Under the pieces are notes generated by a model. The model made no database searches, was not told the DNA's origin, and saw nothing but the letters and a program-made list of their open reading frames with translations. The position numbers and the translations under genes are program-made. From Octopus bimaculoides (Eukaryota), in the NCBI RefSeq assembly GCF_001194135.2, contig NC_069001.1, positions 16,515,889 through 16,571,607 on the forward strand: DNA of 55,719 nucleotides, read 5' to 3'. Positions 35,644-47,438 of the stretch are shown here, one piece after another; positions within the stretch are counted from its first letter, which is position 1; the number at the start of each line of letters is the position of its first letter.

Positions 35644-37848
35644 AAAGGAGCTGTAGAAATGACTTGCGATGCCACTGGTGCTAAGCAGCATCAGCCTTTG
35701 TCCTTTCTCTTGGATAACATCAGTGACATGGAGAGGGGAGGCTAGTATGCATGGACCACTGCTGGTCTTCCACTAACAACCTTGCTCGGATATGTGGCTT
35801 GGAGGGGAACTTTCTACAAAGGTGGGTGAGAATAGGTGTTCCTCTGGAGCAAGGCACCTGAGATTGTCTTGCTATCATACATCAGCCTTTCATAACCTAC
35901 CCTAAAACAACCTTCCCATATCAAATATTGTGCGGTAGATTTGAAAAATTAGAATGTATAAGCATAGGGCATATACTGGATTGCCTTGTGTTTATGTTTA
36001 ATCTGGGTATACCTGCTGACGAAGACTTCACCTGGCAAATTATTTTATTAAGTCAGAATTTGATGCAGTGTGCAAAAGAGAAGATTGCATTTGTTTGATC
36101 ATGTAATGTGGATGAATGCCAATAATGGGAGACCAGGGTAACATAGGATAAGGTACAGAAGGACGACCTCAGAACAATGAACCTTTCAGGTGAGATGACA
36201 AAGGACTGAGATGTCTGGCGATTTCTGTACTCAAGAAGCCCGATCTCCACAGCAGAAGTGTTAAGACCGGTTTCCCTTGGTGAGGAGGATTGGCCTGCAC
36301 GAGTCCTGTGCTGATGCCATGTAAATGTGCTCATGCAATGCCATGTAAAAAGCACCCAGCACACCCTGTAAAATGGTTGGTTTTAGGAAGGGCATCCAGC
36401 CATAGAAACCATGCCAAAACAGACATGGAGCCTGGTGCAGCTCACCAGCTTGACAGCTCTGGTCAAACTGTCCAACCCATGCCAGCATGGACAAAGGACA
36501 TTAAATGATGATGGTGATGAGGGAGTGCATGAGTATGTGTGTGTTAATTAAGCTTCCAGTACTTGTTACCTGTTAGATATTCTATCAACTTTGGAGAAAA
36601 ATGAAAGGTAAAATAGAACCGAAGGTATGATAAAACTCAGAACATAAAAGGGTCTAACAAAATGAATACCACAAGGTACTGATTTCTCCAATGCTCTACC
36701 AATTCTCCTCTTCCAATTCTATTAATCTGTCTAACCACTTACGCTTTTTTGTATTTCAGATGAAACAGTTTTTCAGCAGTTGGGAACCCCTGAAGGAAAA
36801 TACGAAGGGCCTGGAGGTAATGGGAGAATGGCGCTGTATCCTTGAAGATAGCAATCACAAATACACCTATGATGCCAATAACATGGATGTTTACCAAAGA
36901 CTTGTGTGGGATATCTGGATGCCAGTGATAAGGAAAACCATTCTGTAAGTTGGTGATGGGGGTTTTGCAAGTTGGATGTTGGGTTGTAGAGTGCCGCTTT
37001 CCTGATTTACAATCAGAGACACTCCAGCCATAACCATACTGTCTATTTTGCAGTATACTGTATCACATCCAGTGTGTCCTTTCCTTACTTAAGACGATGT
37101 AGTTTGATTTTAGGTAAGTTTGTCTGCTATTTCTAGAGTTTGAGTGACCAAGTAGAGGCACCTTTGTTGGCTTGTGCAGAGCATTGTAGAAATTTGAAGC
37201 TGGAACTGGAGTGTAGATGTGTGTTTGGGTCATGGTTAGTGTATATACTGCAATTTTGTGTGTGCATGTGTGGCATAACTGGTTTTGTTTAAAGGTAGTT
37301 TGATTGAGCAGAGCAGAGACTGTGGTAGTCGTTTGATGATATGTAGAGTGGACACAGCTCTAGGCCAATAGTTGTAAAATACTACTTGAATAGAGCAGAG
37401 ACTGTTGTAGTAGTAGCACTGGGGGTGTGGCAGTGACAGTGGTAATAATAGTATAAATAAAAGTGAGTGGACATAGCTGAGTCGTGAGTCATGTGAGAGT
37501 CTAATCGAATATTTGTGTTTTCTCAACTATTTCAGGCAATGGAATGTAAGAGAGTGTAATCCATTGATTGACCTATTGGAGGTGTGGATGCCAGTTCTTC
37601 CATCATGGATCTTGGACAATATTCAGGACCAACTCATTCTTCCACGGTTGATGCAAGAAGTAGAAAACTGGAACCCGTTGACTGATACAATGCCCATTCA
37701 TGCCTGGCTTCACCCTTGGCTACCATTAATGGGTAAGATGGTCAACTTTTGATGCTAAATATTTCCTGTCACTGTTCTCAATGTATTTAGGTCATCATCA
37801 TCATCACTACTGTCACCATAATGTTACCATCACCACCACCGTCACTGC

Positions 37849-37904
<56 letters not shown>

Positions 37905-38118
37905 CCATCACCACCATCACCACCGTGACCATCCTAGACTATTATATATGTAAGTGTAGATGTGGCTGTGTGGTGAGAAGCTTGCTTCTCAATCAAATGG
38001 TTCTGGGTTCAGTCTTACTGTGTCACCTTGGGCAAGTGTCTTCTACTATAGCCCCAGGCCAAACAAAGCCTTTTAAATGGATTTGGTAGACAGAAACTGA
38101 AAGAAGCCCATCTTATAT

Positions 38119-38158
<40 letters not shown>

Positions 38159-41114
38159 GTCAGCATGGAAAACAGATGTTAAAGGATGACAATGATGATG
38201 ACACTTGTGCCCGCGGCATGTGTAAGGATTTTCGAGCGAGATCGTTGCCAGTGCCCCTGGACTGGCTCTTGTGCAGGTGGCACATAAAATACACCATTTT
38301 GAGCGTGGCCGTTGCCAGTACTGCCTGACTGGCCTTCAAAGATAATTATGAGAATCTACACTTAACTGATAACCCCCACCCTTCAACTTTTATCATCATC
38401 ATCATCATCGTTTAATGTCCGCTTTCCATGCTAGCATGGGTTGGACGATTTGACCGAGGACTGGTGAAACCGGATGGCAACACCAGGCTCCAATCTGATT
38501 TGGCAGAGTTTCTACAGCTGGATGCCCTTCCTAACGCCAACCACTCAGAGAGTGTAGTGGGTGCTTTTACGTGCCACCGGCACGAAGGCCAGTCAGGCGG
38601 TACTGGCAACGGCCACGCTCAAAATGGTGTATTTTATGTGCCATCTGCACAAGAGCCGGTCCAGGGGCACTGGCAACGATCTCGCTTGAAAGTCCTTACA
38701 CATGCCGCGGGCACAAGTACCAGAAAGGTGACGCTGGGCACAGGTGCCATCACAATTTCGCTTACACTTGCCCCAATAAGTCTTCGCAAGCTGAGTTTAT
38801 ATGTATATATATTTTTATGTGTATGTCTTTGTGAGTGTATTTGCCTCCCACCACTGCTTGACAACCAGTAACCAGTAACCAGTATTATATAATTGTCTTG
38901 TGCCACTGTCCAAATTGGCCTTTGACAATTCTAATTATTAAATTCTCATTGTTAAATCTACACTTAACTGACAACCCCCACCCTTCAACTTTTATCAGCA
39001 AAACGCCACTTTTTCTTTACCTTGGGTAACTCTGAGGTACATTTATAATACTTTTCAACTTCATAGTGGACCCTGACAAAGTATGTAGACATTTCTGTAA
39101 CAATCTACCTAAGATCACTGGTACTGACGAATTTGCATTTAAATTAAAACCTCAACCAAGATCCCAGAATAATATGAATGATTTTAAGAGACTTCAGTCA
39201 GTTGACACCAAGGTATAACAGGTATATAGATTGATGCACAGCTCAGTGGTTACAGTAGTTGGCTCACGGTCATAATGACATGAGATCGATTCCCAGTGGT
39301 GTATTGTGTCCTTGAGCAAGACACTTTATTTCATGTTGCTCCCATCCACTCAGCTGTCAAAAACGAGTAGTACCTGTAATTCACAAAGGTTAGCTGTTTC
39401 ACATACTGTATCATGCTGAACCTCCCTTAGAACTATGTTAAGGATACACATGAGTGTGGAGTACTCAGTCACTTGCACGTTAGTTTCACGAACCGGCTGT
39501 TCCGTTGGTCGGATCAACTGGAGCACTTATTGTAACTCACAGAGTGCCAGTTTCATATTCTACCGAGCATTCTTATAATTATCTTTGCCATTTAAAAAAT
39601 TAATTGAAACATTTACTTATAGGAAATCATCATCATCATAAACAACAAGAGTTAAAAACATTTTTTAAAGCTGTTTCTCTATTCTTCTCTAGGGGACAAA
39701 TTGGAACCTCTGTATGCTCCGATCAGACACAAACTTGCCAATGCCCTCAACAAATGGCATCCTTCAGACTCGTCTGCTAAAGTTATTCTTCAGCCATGGG
39801 TCAGCGTCTTCAAACCAGGTCACATGGAAGGCTTTTTGGTGAAGAACATTCTACCAAAGATTGAACTCTGCATGCAGGAGTTTGTCATCAACCCACACCA
39901 ACAGATCCTTGGTAAGTATGTTATTTAATAATAATAATAATATTTGAAATTTACAGAAAATCAAAAGATGAAGACAGGTGTATGAACAACAGGCAGGTGT
40001 GTTATTTTGACGCTCGGGAAAGTGAGAAAGTCTTTTACATTTTGAGCCTGCGCTCTTCAACAGAAAGGAATAAGAAAATAAACAGAGAGAGAATAAAAAA
40101 AAAACGTGTGGATTTAGTGATCAAGCATGGCATCTATAATAATAATAATGGTTTCAAATTTTGGCACAAGGCCAGCAATTTGGGGCGTGTGTAAGTCAAT
40201 TACATTGACCCCACTGCTCAACTCGTTCTTATTTTATCAACCCTGAAAGGATGAAAGGCAAAGTCGACTTCAGCAGAATTTGAATTCAGAATTAAAGATG
40301 GGTGAAATGCCACTAAGCATTTTGTCCACTGTGCCAGTGGATTCTTCCAGCTTGCCGCTTTAATAATAATAACAATAAGAAGAAGAATAAGAATGATTGT
40401 TTCTAATTTTGGTACAAGGCTAGCACTTTATGTGAAGGGGCTTTGTTGATTACATCAACCCAAGTATATGACTGGTACTTAATTTTATTGACCTGGAAAG
40501 GATGAAAAGCAAAGTTAGCCTTAGCAGAATTTAAACTCAAAATGTAAAGAACTGGAAGAAATGCTGCAAAGCATTTTGTCCAATGTGCTAACAATTCTGA
40601 CAGCTTGTTGCCTTAATGCTAATAATAATATTAATGATGGTCTTTCCCATCAATGTCAGTGTATGAGTGTTGGAAGGAGAGAGTTTAAAGAAAAAAAGTA
40701 AGAAAGAATATGTGGAAAAAAAATAACTTAAAAAATAAAAGAATTAAAGATGCTGCATCTATTTGTGATGGATGCGTGAATGTAATGGAGTATAGGAATG
40801 GATTTTTCTATGAAGTCGCAATGGAGACACTTATGATTTTGATTTTGCCCGGGGTTGGGCAAATGTGTCTGCAGAGACTTTAGTGATTGCTTCAGTTTAT
40901 CCTTATACCTAAGGACAGGTGTTCCTTTACTGCAGTATCCCTTTACTTGTTGGTCATACAAAAGAATTTTTGGAATGCAGTCATTTATCATTTGAACTAT
41001 ATGTCCAACCCATCATCATAATCATCATCATTATCGTTTAACGTCCGCTTTCCATGCTAGCATGGATTGGACGATTTGACTGAGGACTGGTGAAACCGGA
41101 TGGCTACACCAGGC

Positions 41115-41153
<39 letters not shown>

Positions 41154-41173
41154 TTAATAATAATAATAATGAT

Positions 41174-41213
<40 letters not shown>

Positions 41214-42396
41214 TAATAATAAATGCCCTGATGTAGGACCATGCAGTGGCTCTCATGACTTCTGATCTTAAGTGATTAGAAGTGTTATGTTCATGTTTTG
41301 CCTTGGTATAAAAGATAGGTTACAGCAAATATTCTGCTCAATACCACAGATTTGCTTATCATTTGCTTGACTGTTGAGCATGTCCCTTGGTGGCTGAAGA
41401 TATGTGCGTCTCTCATCATGAGCAGAAGTAATGGGGGAGCATCATAGCCATGTATTGAGAGGAATTCTTTGGGGTTTGAATAATTTACCTTTGGAAACAT
41501 GGGTGTTTTGCTCAATATCCTTAAACAATCCTTATTTAGGGACCTTTTGAGCAGAATGGGCTACTTGACCTGAAGAAAAGTCTAACTGGGCCCCACCTGC
41601 AAGGACATGTGCTGTTTATCTTGATATGAGGTATGCAACCATGTTGCACACATGGTTGTGATGCATGTGCTTGGTGTACCCTTATTAGACAAGTAGTTAT
41701 GATGGGTATATTGGGTTTTGTATATTTGTACCCCAATGTCATTTTGTTGGCAGGCATTGCTCTCGCACTCAATAATAATAATAATGATAATAATAATGGT
41801 TTCAAACTTTGGCACAAGGCCAGCAATTTTAGTGGGAGGTGGGTTTAGGTTTAGTTGATACCATGAACCCTAGTTTGTGTTTGTGTGTCTCCTTTCCTTG
41901 ATATTGTGTAGTGATTGTAAATAAATATTACCATCGTACAGTGTTGTTTGTATGATGAAAAAAATGTTTGGATTAGAGGAAAATATCAACTTATTTGGAA
42001 ACAGATGAGGGATGGTGACAAGCAGAAAACTTGCTTCAACTAGTTTACTTAACCAATAGAAAATGGAGGCGGCAGCAGCAGCAGCAGTAGCAGCAGTGGT
42101 GGTGGTGGTGATAGTAGTAATAGTAGTAGTAAACCATGATCAACTTGAATTTTCAGCCCAGAGATTATCTCAAATAGGAAATAGATACCAGTTACATACT
42201 GTGGCATTGTGTGTGTAAATAACAAAAAAACATTTTATTTACTTTAATTATCAATCTTCAATTTCAGATGTTCCACAAAGTTTGAGACTTTGTCAGATTG
42301 GTCCTTCTTTCTCTGTCCCCCAACATATTGTATATAAAACTTACATCTGTGTATATATATGTATATGTGTATGTTGTGTGTGTGTATATGTGTGTG

Positions 42397-42446
<50 letters not shown>

Positions 42447-45400
42447 GATGTAGATAATGTTGGCTAAAATACCTATCAATATACATTTTTGTAGAATAGT
42501 TGCAGAACAGTTATTAACGAGGCAGTTAAGGCATTTGTAATTTATAACTCATTTAAGAATGGTTTGCCTAATTAATAATAACTTTTTTTTTTATTCATTT
42601 TTGTTTCGTGTAGAGCCATTACATTGGATGATGTCATGGAGAGATATCATTGCTCTGCCACACTTAATATCAATATTGGAGAAGAATTTATTCCCCAAAT
42701 GGTTACAAGTGCTTTGTACCTGGCTTAGCAACATGCCAAACTATGAAGAGGTCACCAACTGGTATCTTGGATGGAAATCACAGTTCCCTGAGGAATTTCT
42801 CAACCACGCTTATGTTAAAGGTAAACATATAAATGTACTCATCATCATCATCGTTTAACATCTGCTTTCCATGCTAGCATGGGTTGGACGATTTGACTGA
42901 GGACTGGTGAACCAGATGGCTACACCAGGCTCCAATCTGATTTGGCAGAGTTTCTACAGCTGGATGCACCACCTAACACCAACCACTTCAAGAGTGTAGT
43001 GGGTGCTTTTACGTGCCACTGGCAAGAAGGCCAGTCAGGAGGTACTGGCAACGGCCACGCTCGAAATGGTGTATTTTACGTGCCACCTGCACAAGGGCTA
43101 GTCCAGCGGTACTGGCAACGACCTCGCTTGAATGTCTTTTCATGTGCCACTGGCACAAGTGCCAGGAAGGCGACGTTGGTAACGATCACACTCAAATGGT
43201 GCTATTTACATGCCACCAGCACGGAAGCCAGACAGCTGGTGCTCTGGCAACGATCACGCTTGAACGGTGCTCTTAGTGATCTACTGGTACAGGTGCCATC
43301 ACGATTTCACTTTCTGATGCTAAAAATGAAACCGTGGCACAGGTTTATGACAAAGGAACAAATGGAGTATATTGATGATGTCTATGATAATACCAGAGAG
43401 CGTTTCTGCGACTCTGTTTGTGGTAATGTGATGGATGTGTAGCTGTTACTGTATCTACCTGTGTTAATTAATACTTTATGCTCTTTATCTGACTTGACTC
43501 TTTATAAAAGCTACCTGTCCTAACTCTTAATAAGAGCTACTTGTAACTTTGTGTCGTCCCTACCTGTCTTAACTCTTCACAGTATGTATTTACCTGTAAT
43601 AATACACAGGTCTGATGTCTAATTAAAAACATAAAGGACCTTCATGTAATGATTGCTGAGAGTGTGTGTGGCCTATAAATCATTAACTTGATTATCATCT
43701 CATCATCATCATCATCATTTAATATCTGCTTTTCATGCTGGTGTGAGGACCGTGCGATCAGGAGAGGTGATGTAGAATGGCTCCTTTAGTACATCGCACG
43801 GTCGATACAAATAAAAATATGAAAAGAGGATAAATGAGTACAAGTGCCAGCAGGAAAAGAGAGACACAACCATTAGAATGGTTTAAGACAAGATTTTATT
43901 GATATGTCAACATGTATGTCTGTGTGTGTGAGTGCGAGATATAAACATAATAATAGACAGGCTGTCATGTATGCAAAGTGTATGTGTAAAAACAGAGATG
44001 TATGTGTGTGCGAGACCTTATCTGAAGGCTGCGATTGGTTGGGTTGCATCTTAGCGCAAAATAGAGCAAGAGACAAACTGCGCCAATACCAACCAGTCAG
44101 AGTGATGGACACAACGGGGTCCAAAAGTGCAGCTGAAGGCTAGCTGTTATCCACTACGTCCGTATCCATGTATATATAACAGAGAGAGAGAGAAGTATCC
44201 CTTAAAACGTACGCTACACTGGCATGGGCTGGATGGTTTTATAGGAGCTGGAAAGCTGCCTAGGTTCCATTTGTCTGTTTTGGCATGGTTTCCACAACCG
44301 GATACCATTCCTGGGTGATTTTTCTTGGCACTAGCATGAGTGCTTTTTTATGTGGTGTTGGAATGAATATGTATTACGTGGTGCTGGCATGAGTGCATGT
44401 CACATGGCACTGGCACTCGTGTATTTTATGTGGTGCTTGTACAATGCTTCTTACTTGGCACCAATGCTAGTGCTTTTTATGTGACACTGGTATAAGTGCT
44501 TCTCATGTGATGCTGGCACAGGCACATTCTACTTGCCACTGGCACGAGTGTTGGCATGAGTGCATTCTACATGGTGCTAGCAGGAGTGCATATCACATGG
44601 TGTCAGCACAAGTGTTTTTTATGAGGTGCCAGCACAAATGGATATTATGTGGCACTGCTACATGTGCCTTTTACATGACGCAGGCATGTGTGTTATTACA
44701 TTGCTTCACAGTGAAGGTAGAGGTGATGTAACTTGCTGTGTGTGTGTGCATGTGAATATGTGTGTGTGTGTATGTTTGGTGACAGTGCTATGACATATGG
44801 CAGTGAAGGTAAAAGAGCTGCAGTAATTGGTGTAGCTTGGTGTGTGAGTGTGTGTGTATGTTTGTGTGTGTGAGAGAGAGAGAGTATGTGTGGCTGTGGG
44901 TGGGGTGTGTATTTGTGGAGTGACACATATGATGTATAGCAGGAAATTGTGTGACAACAGCTAAACTAATGTTTCTTATTTCTTCATTGCCCACAAGGGG
45001 CTAAACATAGAGGGGACAAACAAGGACAGACAAAGGGGTTAAGTCGATTACATTAATGCCAGTGCATAACTGGTACTTAATTTATCGACCCCGAAAAGAT
45101 GAAAGGCAAAGTCGACCTCAGCGGAATTTGAACTCAGAATGTAACGGCAGATGAAATACCGCTAAGCATTTCGCCCGGCGTGCTAACGTTTCTGCCAGCT
45201 CGCCGCCTTAAAGTAATGTTTCTGTTTTCTGTTTATTAATACATTTTAAAAATATGTTTCTTTCTTTTCTTTTTTTCTCTCCTCCCCATATCTCTACCAC
45301 CACCGTTACCACTCTCCGCTGCCACCACCATTACCACTCTCCAACCAAAAGATCAGTTCAACCGAGCCCTTGACATTATGAACCGTGCCGCTACTGGTTA

Positions 45401-46914
45401 CTTCCAGCCCGGGGCTAAAGAAAACATGGCCTATTTTGCACACAACGAACGCCGTCAGATGGGGACAATATCAGCACCACCGCCACCACCACCTTCAGCA
45501 GTATTAAACATGATCCCCCCCACTTCAGGAGTCTCTCATCACCCACCTCCAGATTATGATGTATGTTTTCTCAATTTTACTTCATTACATTTCCCTAGCG
45601 ACCACTCTAATGGTGGCTCTACCCCTGTCTGATTCTAAACCTTACTACAGCTATTGTATTGGGCCTCTTCAGCCAAGACATTTTCATCTAAACAGCTTTT
45701 AACCTTTTAGCTCTCAGATTAATTTATCAAATGTAATGCATGCTTATCCTCATTTTTAAAAATTAATCATGCATCATCTCATAGCCTTGAGATTTTGATG
45801 ATATGCTTGTTTATTTTTAAAATGACATTGTAGGTAGGTGTGAGAGGCTGGATCTGGCCAATAGTAGAATATATGGACTGGATATGGCTGGTTTAAATGC
45901 CAAAATGGTTAAACCAGTAATTCCCTACCATTTTTTATTTATGGACCCTTTTGACCCTTATTTTCCTTGGGTGGACTCTCATAGCCATTCGATTTTAAAA
46001 AAGAAACCTTATTATATATTTATAATTAAATACTATTAGGAGCAGTATTAAAAAAATTGGTCAAATATTTCGTTGGACGTCCAAGGGTCATATGGTCCCT
46101 GGTTGAGAACCACTGTAATATGTTTTTTTACCCCAGAGGAATGAAAGGCAAATTTGACCTTAGTGGGATTTGACCTTAGTGGGATTTGAACTACTATAGA
46201 CACAAGGCCTGAAATTTTGTGGGAGGGGACTAGTTAATTACTTTGACCCCAGTGTTTCACTGGGACTTAATTTATTGACCTTGAAAGGATGAAAGGCAAA
46301 GTTGACCAAAGTTGACCTTGCTGGAATTTGAGCTCAGAATGTAAAAACAGATGAAATGCTGCTAATCATTTTGCCTGGCACACTAACGATTCTGCCAGCT
46401 TGCTGCCTTAAATAATTATAATTATAATAATCATGATGATGACAATGACAGTTTGTTTTATAATAATATTTGTTGTTATTTGCAGCGTAACCCATCATAT
46501 CCGAGCAGTTTCAAAGAACTTGTTGAAAAAATGGTGAGTAACAATTTCAATTTCAAAGAGATTCTATTGTTAAATAACTATGTGTGTATATATTGCACTG
46601 TATGTGTGTATGAATGTATTATTTCTCTGTATTTGTGTGTCACTATGTATGTGTATGTGTGTGTATTTCACTGAGTCTGTATGAGTGTTTGTGTGTTTTA
46701 CTATGTGCGTGTGTTTCACTGTATGACTGTTTCACTTTATGTGTATTTCAATATTTATATCTCTGTATGTGTGTGTATATATTTTACTGTGTGTGTGTGT
46801 ATGTGGCTGAATATATTTCATTTTATGTGTATGCATCGATGTATTTCACTGTATGTGTTGTCAAATGGTGATGGTGGGGGGGGGGCAAACACAGAAACAA
46901 AGACATCCATTGAC

Positions 46915-46963
<49 letters not shown>

Positions 46964-47405
46964 GATATATATATATACACATACATATATGTATGTGTCT
47001 GTGTATATATATATNNNNNNNNNNNNNNNNNNNNNNNNNNNNNNNNNNNNNNNNNNNNNNNNNNNNNNNNNNNNNNNNNNNNNNNNNNNNNNNNNNNNNN
47101 NNNNNNNNNNNNNNNNNNNNNNNNNNNNNNNNNNNNNNNNNNNNNNNNNNNNNNNNNNNNNNNNNNNNNNNNNNNNNNNNNNNNNNNNNNNNNNNNNNNN
47201 NNNNNNNNNNNNNNNNNNNNNNNNNNNNNNNNNNNNNNNNNNNNNNNNNNNNNNNNNNNNNNNNNNNNNNNNNNNNNNNNNNNNNNNNNNNNNNNNNNNN
47301 NNNNNNNNNNNNNNNNNNNNNNNNNNNNNNNNNNNNNNNNNNNNNNNNNNNNNNNNNNNNNNNNNNNNNNNNNNNNNNNNNNNNNNNNNNNNNNNNNNNN
47401 NNNNN

Positions 47406-47438
<33 letters not shown>

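Noticed and set aside
42942-43442. 166-aa ORF and similar ORFs at 38428-38871 and 34251-34727
   Set aside because: Antisense readings of the RTE 3'UTR repeat.
28083-44690. CRISPR-like arrays
   Set aside because: Units are contiguous and degenerate with no unique spacers; eukaryotic intronic minisatellites with no cas genes.
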